Source: an uncultured Bifidobacteriaceae bacterium (GTDB taxonomy: Bacteria > Verrucomicrobiota > Verrucomicrobiia > Limisphaerales > UBA11358). From it: 64,000 bases of DNA. The stretch covers positions 66,457-130,456 of the forward strand of contig CAZHXG010000002.1 in the NCBI GenBank assembly GCA_964536285.1, written 5' to 3'. The position numbers and the translations under genes are program-made. The notes below the pieces were generated by a model that did no database searches, was not told where the DNA came from, and saw only the letters and a list, made by a program, of their open reading frames with translations. Each line of letters starts with the position of its first letter. The stretch's first letter is position 1. This document shows, piece after piece, positions 36,493-45,810 of this stretch.

Positions 36493-36573
36493 GCGTCAGA
36501 TGATTTCGCACGCGCGGTTTTAGTCGAGGAGAAAGCGTTGCGTTTATCCGCGTTTTTTCCGAGACTGGAAGCG

Positions 36574-37446
36574 ATGAATGACGCGATAAACTGGAAAGTT
36601 TCAAAATGGCCGTTTCTGCTCGGCGACGCGTTGCTGCTCGCGTTCGCTTATTTCATCGTCTGGAAATCGCCACACCCGATCGCGCGCGGCGACATCATCC
36701 TGTGCGTTTCGCTTTCCGCAATTGGTGCCCTCGTCGGGTGCATCCCGTTTTTTCTCGATTATCGTGCGTTTCTAAAAGTCGTCGAGGCCAATGCGCTCGG
36801 CTCGGTCGCGGAAAAAATCCAGAACCTTGAACAGCTCGCGGCGCAGATTTCCTCCGCCACAAACGAATGGACGAACGCGCAGACGCAGGCCGAAAAAACT
36901 TCCGCCGGCGCACAGCAGATCGCCGAAAAAATGGCCGCGGAAGTCCGGCAGTTCAGCGAGTTCATGCAAAAAATGAACGACAGCGAGAAAGCCACACTGC
37001 GGCTGGAAGCGGACAAGCTGCGGCGCGGCGAACTCGAATGGCTCCAGGTGCTCGTGCGCATCCTTGATCATGTCTTTGCGCTGCACGCCGCCGCCGTGCG
37101 CTCCGAAAATCCGAAATTTGCCGACCCGATCACAAATTTCCAGAACGCCTGTCGCGGCACCGCGCGGCGCATTGGCCTCACGCCATTCGACGCCGAACCG
37201 GACGAGCCGTTCGACGCCGAAAAACACCAGGTCGCCGGCAGCAAGGAAAAACCGCCGGAAGGTTCGGTCGTCGCCGAAACGATTGCCGTTGGTTACACAT
37301 TTCAGGGAAAACTATTGCGGCCCGCAATCGTGCGCTTGCGCGACGGAAAATCGCCCGATGCGAAACCAGCCGAGGAATCATCCTTGCCCGAATTGCCCGC
37401 GCAGGAAAATCTGGAGGACGAGCTTCCGGTTCAGTCGCCGGATTAA
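36574..37446 (+). CDS. Membrane-anchored coiled-coil protein with a C-terminal GrpE-like domain
   Basis: Start trimmed to MNDAINWKVSKWPF. Two TM segments and a coiled-coil region. The C-terminal block LVRILDHVFAL...RRIGLTPFDAEPDEPFDAEKHQVAG...PEGSVVAETIAVGYTFQGKLLRPAIVRL parallels the E. coli GrpE block LLPVIDSLDRAL...FGVEVI...PLDPNVHQAI...[25 protein letters not shown]. Confidence 0.6.
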   Translation: MNDAINWKVSKWPFLLGDALLLAFAYFIVWKSPHPIARGDIILCVSLSAIGALVGCIPFFLDYRAFLKVVEANALGSVAEKIQNLEQLAAQISSATNEWTNAQTQAEKTSAGAQQIAEKMAAEVRQFSEFMQKMNDSEKATLRLEADKLRRGELEWLQVLVRILDHVFALHAAAVRSENPKFADPITNFQNACRGTARRIGLTPFDAEPDEPFDAEKHQVAGSKEKPPEGSVVAETIAVGYTFQGKLLRPAIVRLRDGKSPDAKPAEESSLPELPAQENLEDELPVQSPD

Positions 37447-40400
37447 GTTTTCACGGTCTTCGTTTTCTGTGCAGACAAAAAATGCAGCCAGCAATTCGTC
37501 ACCGGCCGGTTGTAAATTTTCTCCAGCGCGCTTGCGTAAAGCTTCAACTGCGGCTCGTAAAATCTTGTTTTCTCCGTCAACTCGCGCTCCGAGACTTCGT
37601 CCGTCTTGAAATCCACCAGCCAGATTTCCTTCGGCAACAGCACGACCAAATCCGCAACGCCTTGCACGACGACGAATTCATTTTCAAGTCCCGCCTCCGG
37701 TTTCGTCCCGACAATTTTCGACAATTCTTCCGGGCTGAATTTCGCCGTGAACGGCAATTCGCGCTTCACGTTGGCCGCCTGCTGCTGAATTTTTCCGCCG
37801 GGCTCAGAATTCCAAAAAGCCGCGACATTCTTCAAAACAAGGGCGTTGTGCTCGTCCGCCGACAAAATGTTTTCCCGCTCCAATCTTTTTGCTTCGGTTT
37901 CAAGCGCGGCGACACTGTCTATCTTTTCGAGCGAAACATGCTGGAGAAATTTGTGATGCGCTGTGCCCGTATCCGCCGCTGACAATTTTGTGCTGACACT
38001 TCGGCGCGCAGGAAAAACCTGTTCCACTTCGTCATCCAATTCCTCCACCTGACGCCGCAATGCCGTGACGGACGACTTGGCTTTGCGTTTCGTCGCCGAA
38101 TCGAATCCGTATTGCCAGTTCAGCGCCTTCTGAAGTTTCAGTTTTGTTTTCCTGTCGAGCGCGGGCGATTCCGCGTCCACTTTTTCCACGGATTTCATTT
38201 CTGCGCCAAGTTCTTCATCGCCCACAATCCGCCAGCGTAGATTCGGCAATTCGCCTTCGCTTGCGGCGTCCTTCGTGTTTTGCGCGAACCAAAGTCCGAG
38301 CCAGTCGGCGCAACTTTTCGCCTCGACGATTTTTTGCGGCGTGATCGTTTCCGGCTTTGTCCAAAGATTTTTCCATTTTTTCCCGGTGACACTGCCGCTC
38401 AAAATTAAAGTGTCGCGCGCGCGCGTCATCGCGACGTAAAGCAAGCGCAATTCTTCGCCGCGCAATTCACGCCGCTGATGTTTTTGCGCGAGCCAATGCG
38501 GCAGGCTCGGATAACGGCCTCCACTTTGGGGCGGCTTGACGCGCGGGCACAAACCGAATTCCTCGTCCAAAATGATTTCACCGCGCAAATCCTGTTCATT
38601 GAACGGCTTCGCCAAATCGCCGATCGCCACGACGGGAAATTCCAGTCCCTTGCTCTGATGGATGCTCATCAAACGCACAGCGTTCTCGTCCGCGGTCGCC
38701 GTGACTTCCGGTTCGATCCCGGCTTCGCGCTGCGCCTCGACGAATTTCAAAAAGCGGAAAAGTCCCTGCCGCTGAAACTGGTCGAACTTCTGCGCCAGAT
38801 TTAGAAATCGCCCGACGTTTGCGTACCGCTGTTTGCCGCGCGGCTGCGACCGCAACCAATCCGCATAATGCGTTTCCGCCAGCACGTCTTCGAGGCACTG
38901 CGACAACGAAACTTGTTTTGCAAGTTTCCGCCAGCGCGAAAATCGTTCCAGAAATCTTCCGATTTTTTGCGCCGACCCTTTTTGGATTTTGGATTTTGGA
39001 TTTTGAACCTGATTGAGCGCGAACCAAAAATGGCCTTTTATCGCGAGCCGGATTTCCGCCAGCTCGTCGAGCGATAAACCGACGAGCGGCGAGCGCAAGA
39101 CCGCGATGCACGGGACATCTTGAAGCGGATTGTCGAGCAATTGCAGCAAGCTCAACAAATCTTGAATCTCGCCGCTGTCGTAAAATTCGCCGCGCTCGAC
39201 AACGAGCGGCACGCCTGCGCGGTCAAACTGTTTCGCAAAAATTTCCGATTTGCCCGCTGGCGAACGCAACAGCACCGCCATGTCGTGCCAGTCGACGGCG
39301 CGGGAGATTTTTTCCCCGTCGTCCCAGATTTCGTGCGCCGAATTTTTCAGTTCCAGCAGCCGCACCGCGAGCAGTCGCGCCTCTTTTTCCGATTCTTCCA
39401 AGTCAGCCAAGTCGTCGCTGCCATTTTCGGGTTCGGAATTTTTATTGCGACCTTTTTTCAGACGCAAAAGCAATTCCGCTCGCGGCGCAGAATCTTTTGC
39501 GATGCCGAAATCTGCGCGGGTTTCCGGCGAGCAGAATTTTAATTTCGCTTCGTCGTCATAATTCACGCCGCCGATTTTTTCGCGCATGAGCGGCTCGAAA
39601 ACGGAATTCACAAAGTTGAGCAACAATTCGCGACTGCGGAAACTTTCCGTGAGCGGAATCGTCTGGCCGTTTTTTCCGCGCCAGTCGCGGACGTAATCAC
39701 GGAAGATTTTTGGATCGGCGAGCCGGAAGCGGTAAATGCTCTGCTTCACGTCGCCGACGAGGAAGCGATTTGCATCCGAACCGTCCCGTGAAAGCGCCGA
39801 AATGATTTTGTCCTGCGCGGCGTTGATGTCCTGATATTCGTCCACGAAGACGAACCGGATTTTTTCGCGCCAACGCCCGGCGATGGACGTCGGTTTTTCT
39901 ATTTCAAAATTCCAGAGCAATTTCAGCGCGAACTGTTCCAGGTCGTGAAAATCCAGGACGCCGTCGTCGCGTTTGCGCGCGGCGAAAAGCGCGGAAAAAT
40001 TCTGCGCCAATTGCAGCAAGGTTTTCATGCGGCCGCGAATCCAGTTCCAATCTTCGGCGAGCGGAGCGTTATCTTTCGTGGCGATCAGCGACTTCAAAAA
40101 TTCGGCCTCGTCAAAAAAATCCTCGAGCGACTCGCGGAATTTTTTTGTTCCGCGCGGCCAATCGCCGTCGGCGGCAAGAGTTTTCTCAAGGGCTTCCGGC
40201 AAATCGGACTTTTTCAAAATCTCCAGACATTCGGCGGCTTTGGAATTTTCGTCCTTCAGATTTTCGAGAGCAGACAATGACTCTTCGCGCCAATTTGAAA
40301 TCGCTTCGGAAAACCATTCGCGCCACTGTACGGGTTCGGTCGAAGAAAAATTTTCAATCTGTCGCGTCAGCCAGCCATCGGAATCAGGCCGTGTTTGCGC

Positions 40401-40958
40401 GTAATTGTGAATTCGCAAGACAAGCTGGCGAATTTTTTCGTCGCGACCACTGCCGTAAACTTGAATCAAATTTTGGACGGCGATGGAAAATTCATCCGCG
40501 CCTTCATAATGCGAATGAAATTGTTCGTCGAGCGTCTCATCGGCGAGCAGGCGCGCTTCGCCTTCGTCGAGCATGGAAAGCTGCGGGTCGAGGCCAAGCT
40601 CGTAAAAATGTTCGCGCACGAGCTTGAGGCAAAAACCGTGGAGCGTGCCGATGTGCGCGGCGTCGAAGAGCGCGAGTTGTTCGGCGCAATGAGCGTCGCC
40701 GGGATTTTCCTGCGACTTTTTTTCCAGCGCGCTGCGAAGTCGCTGGCGCATCTCGGTCGCGGCGGCTTCAGTGAAAGTGACGACGAGAATTTCGTCGAGC
40801 GACGCGCCTTCACGAACGACGCAGTCCAGACAGCGCTCGACGAGCGTGTGGGTTTTGCCCGTGCCCGCGCCGGCCATAACGAGGACGTTGCCGCGCGCGT
40901 CAACGGCGCGACGTTGTGAAGGTGTCAGGCGCGAATCATTTTTGCCGGGCGAATCCAT
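37443..40958 (-). CDS. UvrD/Rep-type helicase fused to a C-terminal PD-(D/E)xK nuclease (AddA/PcrA-nuclease-like)
   Basis: 1171 aa. Walker A MAGAGTGKTHTL, helicase motifs (FVDEYQD, the arginine motif YVAMTRAR) and a C-terminal RecB-like nuclease (GVADLVV...WLVDFKTDEV...QLKLYASAL). Confidence 0.85.
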   Translation of the reverse strand: MDSPGKNDSRLTPSQRRAVDARGNVLVMAGAGTGKTHTLVERCLDCVVREGASLDEILVVTFTEAAATEMRQRLRSALEKKSQENPGDAHCAEQLALFDAAHIGTLHGFCLKLVREHFYELGLDPQLSMLDEGEARLLADETLDEQFHSHYEGADEFSIAVQNLIQVYGSGRDEKIRQLVLRIHNYAQTRPDSDGWLTRQIENFSSTEPVQWREWFSEAISNWREESLSALENLKDENSKAAECLEILKKSDLPEALEKTLAADGDWPRGTKKFRESLEDFFDEAEFLKSLIATKDNAPLAEDWNWIRGRMKTLLQLAQNFSALFAARKRDDGVLDFHDLEQFALKLLWNFEIEKPTSIAGRWREKIRFVFVDEYQDINAAQDKIISALSRDGSDANRFLVGDVKQSIYRFRLADPKIFRDYVRDWRGKNGQTIPLTESFRSRELLLNFVNSVFEPLMREKIGGVNYDDEAKLKFCSPETRADFGIAKDSAPRAELLLRLKKGRNKNSEPENGSDDLADLEESEKEARLLAVRLLELKNSAHEIWDDGEKISRAVDWHDMAVLLRSPAGKSEIFAKQFDRAGVPLVVERGEFYDSGEIQDLLSLLQLLDNPLQDVPCIAVLRSPLVGLSLDELAEIRLAIKGHFWFALNQVQNPKSKIQKGSAQKIGRFLERFSRWRKLAKQVSLSQCLEDVLAETHYADWLRSQPRGKQRYANVGRFLNLAQKFDQFQRQGLFRFLKFVEAQREAGIEPEVTATADENAVRLMSIHQSKGLEFPVVAIGDLAKPFNEQDLRGEIILDEEFGLCPRVKPPQSGGRYPSLPHWLAQKHQRRELRGEELRLLYVAMTRARDTLILSGSVTGKKWKNLWTKPETITPQKIVEAKSCADWLGLWFAQNTKDAASEGELPNLRWRIVGDEELGAEMKSVEKVDAESPALDRKTKLKLQKALNWQYGFDSATKRKAKSSVTALRRQVEELDDEVEQVFPARRSVSTKLSAADTGTAHHKFLQHVSLEKIDSVAALETEAKRLERENILSADEHNALVLKNVAAFWNSEPGGKIQQQAANVKRELPFTAKFSPEELSKIVGTKPEAGLENEFVVVQGVADLVVLLPKEIWLVDFKTDEVSERELTEKTRFYEPQLKLYASALEKIYNRPVTNCWLHFLSAQKTKTVKT
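38984..39004. repeat. Heptanucleotide tandem repeat (GGATTTT)x3 inside the helicase-nuclease gene
   Basis: Read directly: ttttGGATTTTGGATTTTGGATTTTga. Encodes ...QNPKSKIQKG... on the minus strand. Confidence 0.8.
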
Positions 40959-41045
40959 TTGCTCGGGGCAAGGCTAACACGCGAGCGGAATGTTCGGCAA
41001 TTTTTCCGCGTGTCTTTGTGGGGCAAATGTCTTACAACTTCGCGC

Positions 41046-41759
41046 ATGGCAGAAGGGTTGCGGCTCAAGGATCAGCCGGCAAGCGAGCGTCCGCGGGAAC
41101 GGTTGGCGGCGCTCGGCGCAGACGCTTTGAGCCATGCGGAATTGATCGCGATTCTTTTACGAACCGGATTGAAGGGCGCGAACGCAGTCGAGGTCGGCAG
41201 ACAGCTTTTGCAAAAGTTTGGAACGTTGCAATTGCTCGCACAGGCGTCCATTCAGGATTTGCAAAAGGTCAAAGGCATCGGGCGCGACAAGGCGGTGACA
41301 CTCGTGGCCGCGTTCGCGCTGGCGCGAAAAATGGCGGGTGAACTCCAGCGCGAATCGCCAGTGCTCGACAATCCCGAAAACGTCGTGCAATTGCTGCGCG
41401 AACAAAATCTTTTGAAAGGCGTCGAGATGCTGCAAGCGCTTTTGTTGAATACCCGACACAAATTGATTCGCGTTGAGGAAATCTCCGACGGCACGCTCGA
41501 CACGATTCTGGTGCATCCGCGCGAAGTCTTCAAGTCTGCCATCGCCGCCAACGCGCACGCCGTCGTGCTTGTCCACAATCATCCGAGCGGTGACCCGACG
41601 CCGAGCGAGGCCGACATCAAGGTGACGCGCGATTTGATCCGCGCCGGAAAACTTTTGAAGATCGAAGTGCTTGACCATGTCATCATCGGTCGCGCGACGG
41701 CGGGACGGGCGAAGGATTATGCGTCGCTGCGCGAGTTGGGATATTTTGCCGGCACCTGA
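41046..41759 (+). CDS. radC: RadC-family JAB/MPN domain protein
   Basis: Start trimmed to MAEGLRLKDQPASERPRERL (typical RadC N-terminus). HhH region and JAMM motif HNHPSGDPTPSEAD. Confidence 0.9.
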   Translation: MAEGLRLKDQPASERPRERLAALGADALSHAELIAILLRTGLKGANAVEVGRQLLQKFGTLQLLAQASIQDLQKVKGIGRDKAVTLVAAFALARKMAGELQRESPVLDNPENVVQLLREQNLLKGVEMLQALLLNTRHKLIRVEEISDGTLDTILVHPREVFKSAIAANAHAVVLVHNHPSGDPTPSEADIKVTRDLIRAGKLLKIEVLDHVIIGRATAGRAKDYASLRELGYFAGT

Positions 41760-41831
41760 CAAACTCAAAAATTGCCGCTGTGAATATTGCTTTAAAATTC
41801 GTTTCTATTTTAAAAAGTGGTAATGTGAGTT

Positions 41832-42887
41832 ATGGCAAACGATTTGGGTTCAAGTAACGGCGAACACGCGACAGAGATCGCAGCATGGAAGGAAATTGTG
41901 GCCAGATACCAGAAACCTTCGACGTTGCGGGCGCTCTGGCAAATCGTTGACACGCTCGTTCCTTATGCGGCGCTTTGGTATCTGATATATCTTTGCCTGC
42001 CAGTCTCGTGGTGGCTCGTCGTGCCGGTGGCGATCTTGGCCGGTGGATTTCTTGTGCGCGTGTTCATCATTTTTCATGATTGCGGGCACGGCTCTTTTTT
42101 CAAATCACGCCTCGCCAACGACACCGTGGGATTTCTCGCAGGCGTTTTGACTTTCACGCCTTATTATCATTGGCGGTGGGAACATGCGATTCATCACAGC
42201 AGCGCAGGAGATCTCGACCGGCGCGGCACGGGCGACGTGTGGACATTGACCGTGCAGGAGTATCTGAAGTCGTCGCGCTGGAAAAAATTCGCCTATCGTC
42301 TCGCGCGCAATCCAATCGTGTTGTTCGTCGTCGCGCCATTATTTTTGTTCGTGGTCAGGCAGCGATTTCCGTCGCCGAAAGCCAGCCAACGCGAGCGGCA
42401 TTCCGTTTATGCGATGAATCTGGTCATCCTCGGAATGGCAATCGGTTTGAGCTGGACTTTTGGAATCTGGGCGTATCTGCTGATTCAACTGATCATATTG
42501 ATGGTGGCGGGCGGCGCTGGCGTGTGGCTGTTTTACGTCCAGCACCAGTTTGAAGGAGTTTATTGGGAACGCGGCGAGGATTGGAGTTACACGCAAGCGG
42601 CGTTGCAAGGCAGCTCCTTCTACAAACTGCCGCGAGTTCTGCAATGGTTTTCCGGCAACATCGGCTTTCATCACATTCATCATTTGAGTCCGCGCATTCC
42701 AAATTACAATCTGGAAAAATGCCATAAAGCCGATCCGCTTTTTCAGCAGGTGAAACCCACCACATTGCTCTCCAGTTTGAAATCATTCACCTTCCGGCTC
42801 TGGGATGAAAAGGGCAGGAAACTCGTCGGCTTTCGTCATCTCCGGAATTTGCGGAGGCAAAAGAATAAAAACCGGCGACGAGATTAG
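41832..42887 (+). CDS. Membrane fatty-acid desaturase
   Basis: Three histidine boxes: HDCGHGS, HWRWEHAIHHS, HHIHHL. Confidence 0.88.
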   Translation: MANDLGSSNGEHATEIAAWKEIVARYQKPSTLRALWQIVDTLVPYAALWYLIYLCLPVSWWLVVPVAILAGGFLVRVFIIFHDCGHGSFFKSRLANDTVGFLAGVLTFTPYYHWRWEHAIHHSSAGDLDRRGTGDVWTLTVQEYLKSSRWKKFAYRLARNPIVLFVVAPLFLFVVRQRFPSPKASQRERHSVYAMNLVILGMAIGLSWTFGIWAYLLIQLIILMVAGGAGVWLFYVQHQFEGVYWERGEDWSYTQAALQGSSFYKLPRVLQWFSGNIGFHHIHHLSPRIPNYNLEKCHKADPLFQQVKPTTLLSSLKSFTFRLWDEKGRKLVGFRHLRNLRRQKNKNRRRD

Positions 42888-42950
42888 AGCCATAGTCCGG
42901 CCAAATTTATTTTCAATCCGCGGCGGTTTGTGTGAATCTGTGGCCGAAAG

Positions 42951-43748
42951 ATGATTCACAAAACAGCCATCATTCACCCGAAAGCGAAATTGGATCCGAC
43001 AGTTCAAGTCGGGCCGTGCGCCGTGATCGACGAGGGCGTGGAGATGGGCGCGAATTGCGTCGTCGGGCCGCATGTTTATCTCACCGGCATCACAAAAATC
43101 GGTTCGCACAATAAATTCCACGCCGGTTGCGTCATCGGCGACGCGCCGCAGGACTTGAAATACAAAAATGAACCGACGCGCCTGCGCATCGGCGACCACA
43201 ATGTTTTCCGCGAACACGTCACCGTCCATCGCTCAACCAATGCCGATGGCGAGACGGTCATCGGTTCGCACAATTATTTAATGGTGAATTGTCATGTCGC
43301 ACACAACTGCCAGCTCGGCGACCACATCATCATCGTCAACGGCTCGCTGCTGGCCGGACACGTCACGGTGCAGGATCGAGCGTTCATTTCGGGGAATTGC
43401 CTCATCCATCAATTCACGCGCATCGGCACGCTGACGATGATGCAAGGCAAGGCGGGCGTCGGGCAGGATTTGCCGCCGTTCACGATTGCAGGTGGTATCA
43501 ACACAATTTATGGATTGAACGTCGTCGGGCTGCGGCGCGCGGGATTCACGCCGGACCAGCGGATTGAATTGAAACGGCTTTATCATCTGTTGTTTCGCAG
43601 CGGGAAAAATTTGCGGGCGGCCATTGAAGAGGCGCAGAAAAGTTTTAGCAGCCCGACGGCAAAAATTTTATTAGACTTTGTGGCAGAAGCGAAGCGCGGC
43701 GTCTGCACGGACGCAAGCCGTGCGGCTTCCGAAACCGAAGATGAATGA
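42951..43748 (+). CDS. lpxA: Acyl-ACP--UDP-N-acetylglucosamine O-acyltransferase
   Basis: 265 aa. MIHKTAIIHPKAKL, left-handed beta-helix hexapeptide repeats and a C-terminal helical domain. Confidence 0.92.
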   Translation: MIHKTAIIHPKAKLDPTVQVGPCAVIDEGVEMGANCVVGPHVYLTGITKIGSHNKFHAGCVIGDAPQDLKYKNEPTRLRIGDHNVFREHVTVHRSTNADGETVIGSHNYLMVNCHVAHNCQLGDHIIIVNGSLLAGHVTVQDRAFISGNCLIHQFTRIGTLTMMQGKAGVGQDLPPFTIAGGINTIYGLNVVGLRRAGFTPDQRIELKRLYHLLFRSGKNLRAAIEEAQKSFSSPTAKILLDFVAEAKRGVCTDASRAASETEDE

Positions 43749-44241
43749 GCCATCCGCCATCTACAAAGTCGTCGGCGACGACGGCAAGGAATACGGCCCG
43801 GCGAGCCCCGGACAAATCCGGCAATGGATTTCCGAAGGCCGCGTCGTACGCGAGACGCCGATTTTCATGGACGGCGCGAACGACTGGAACTTCGTCGGCC
43901 TGCTGCCGGAGTTTGCCGGATTTTTTTCAGCGACCATGCCGCCGCCGGCTATTGCGCCGCCCGCGCCATCACACCGGACAAATCCTCTGGCGACTGCTGG
44001 ATTTGTTTGCGGTATTCTGTCGGTCACTCTGATTTGTTGTTGCGGTGGATTTCCGTTCAACATACTCGGCCTGATTTTTTCCATCATCGCGCTCCTGCAA
44101 ATCAACGAAAATCCCACGCGATTTGAAGGACGAGGCCTCGCCATCGCCGGACTGATTTTATCAGCGATTGGAATTTTATTTTTTCTTTTTGCGCTGGCGA
44201 CCAATCATGAGCATTTCAATTTCAACACCAACCAATTTTGA
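43741..44241 (+). CDS. GYF_2 (DUF4339) + DUF4190-type membrane protein
   Basis: YKVVGDDGKEYGPASPGQIRQWISEGRVVRETPIF (GYF-like) followed by two TM segments (GFVCGILSV...LIFSIIALLQI). Start ATG 43741 overlaps the lpxA 3' end by 8 nt. Confidence 0.7.
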   Translation: MNEPSAIYKVVGDDGKEYGPASPGQIRQWISEGRVVRETPIFMDGANDWNFVGLLPEFAGFFSATMPPPAIAPPAPSHRTNPLATAGFVCGILSVTLICCCGGFPFNILGLIFSIIALLQINENPTRFEGRGLAIAGLILSAIGILFFLFALATNHEHFNFNTNQF

Positions 44242-44678
44242 AAATGACGGCGACAGCGGCCATCCCGCCAAAAATAAGAACTCAATCACCGCTGGCCTTT
44301 TTTGCGGGGACAATTCTTGTCGCCGCAATTTTCGGAGCGGCCGCGGTTGTTTTCTTTTTCGATCCGGACAAAAATGTTTTTTATCCGGTTTGCGCTTTTC
44401 ACAAATTGACCGGACTGAACTGTCCCGGCTGCGGCGCGACGCGGTCGCTGCATGCGCTGCTGCACGGAAATTTTCCTCTCGCGCTGCATGACAACGCGCT
44501 GTTTGTCTTCACCCTTGCCGCGTTGGCATCGCGCGGCATGTGGTTCGCCGCAAAAAGAATTTCCCGCAAGCCCGCCGGACATGTTCTCGAGCCCAAAGTG
44601 CTGTGGGCGTTTTTGATCGTCGCGCTCGCCTTCGGTGTTTTGCGGAACCTCCCCGTGTTTTCCTTTCTCTCGCCGTGA
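44238..44678 (+). CDS. DUF2752-family membrane protein
   Basis: YPVCAFHKLTGLNCPGCGATRSLHALLHG is the DUF2752 signature. ATGA overlap with the upstream gene. Confidence 0.75.
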   Translation: MKMTATAAIPPKIRTQSPLAFFAGTILVAAIFGAAAVVFFFDPDKNVFYPVCAFHKLTGLNCPGCGATRSLHALLHGNFPLALHDNALFVFTLAALASRGMWFAAKRISRKPAGHVLEPKVLWAFLIVALAFGVLRNLPVFSFLSP

Positions 44679-44735
44679 CGGCACGGGAACTTTTCTCTTT
44701 TGCCGCCGCGTCGCGTGGTGTTCAATCTCCGGACT

Positions 44736-45071
44736 ATGAATCTGACACATCCATTGACGACCACCACGTTTGAACTGCCCGGTTATCGCGTGAAAAAATC
44801 GTTCGGTGTCGTGCGCGGCATCATCGTGCGGTCGCGCTCCATCGTCGGAAATTTTGGCGCGAGCATCCAGAGCCTTTTCGGCGGAAACATCACGCTCTAC
44901 ACGAATCTCTGCGAGCGGGCGCGCGAGGACACGTTCAACCTGATGCTCACGCACGCCGGACAGCTCGGCGCGAACGCGGTCATCGGCGTGCGGTACGACG
45001 CGACGGAAATCGCGCCGGGCATCACGGAAGTGCTTTGCTATGGCACGGCGGTTTTTGTCGAGGCGGCCTGA
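44736..45071 (+). CDS. ybjQ: YbjQ/UPF0145 family protein
   Basis: [27 protein letters not shown]...[15 protein letters not shown]...YGTAV. Start trimmed to the ATG at 44736. Confidence 0.85.
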   Translation: MNLTHPLTTTTFELPGYRVKKSFGVVRGIIVRSRSIVGNFGASIQSLFGGNITLYTNLCERAREDTFNLMLTHAGQLGANAVIGVRYDATEIAPGITEVLCYGTAVFVEAA

Positions 45072-45078
45072 AGTTTAT

Positions 45079-45810
45079 ATGGCCGGTCATAACAAATGGG
45101 CGAAGGTCAAACGCCTCAAAGGCGCGCTGGACGCGAAGCGTGGGAAAATTTTTGCGAAGCTGGGCCGTGAAATCACCGTCGCGGCAAAAATCGGTGGCGG
45201 CGACCCGGGCATGAATCCGCGCCTGCGGATGGTGCTGCTCAAATGTCGCGCGGCGAACATGCCGGCGGACAACATCGAACGCGCCATCAAAAAAGGAACG
45301 GGCGGCGGCGAAGGCGCGTCGTTCGAGGATTTGACCTACGAGATTTACGCGCCGCACGGAGTCGCGTTGCTCGTCGAGGTCAGCACGGACAATCGAAATC
45401 GCACGGCGTCGGACATCCGCAGCATCGTCACGAAAGGCGGAGGCTCGATCGCGACGCCCGGCTCGGTCAGCCGGTTGTTTCAACGCAAAGGCCAGATCAT
45501 TGTCTCAAAAGAGTCGGCGGGCGAGGATGCGCTGATGGAACTCGCGCTCGAAGCCGGCGCGGAAGATTTCAAAGCGGACGAGAACGGCTACGAAATTTTG
45601 ACCGCACCCGCGAATTTCGAAGCGGTCCACAAACGGATTGAAACGAAGGGCATCAAGTGCGAGGCGGCGGAAATCACCTCGCTGCCGACGATGACGGTCC
45701 CGCTGACGGGCGAAGCGGCGGTTGCGGAAGTCGGCAAACTGATTGAATCCATCGAAGAACATGACGACGTGAAGGAAGTCTTTTCCAACGGAGAATTTTC
45801 CGACGCATGA
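45079..45810 (+). CDS. yebC: YebC/PmpR-family transcriptional regulator
   Basis: MAGHNKWAKVKRLKGALDAKRGKIFAKL... Start trimmed to the ATG at 45079. Confidence 0.93.
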   Translation: MAGHNKWAKVKRLKGALDAKRGKIFAKLGREITVAAKIGGGDPGMNPRLRMVLLKCRAANMPADNIERAIKKGTGGGEGASFEDLTYEIYAPHGVALLVEVSTDNRNRTASDIRSIVTKGGGSIATPGSVSRLFQRKGQIIVSKESAGEDALMELALEAGAEDFKADENGYEILTAPANFEAVHKRIETKGIKCEAAEITSLPTMTVPLTGEAAVAEVGKLIESIEEHDDVKEVFSNGEFSDA

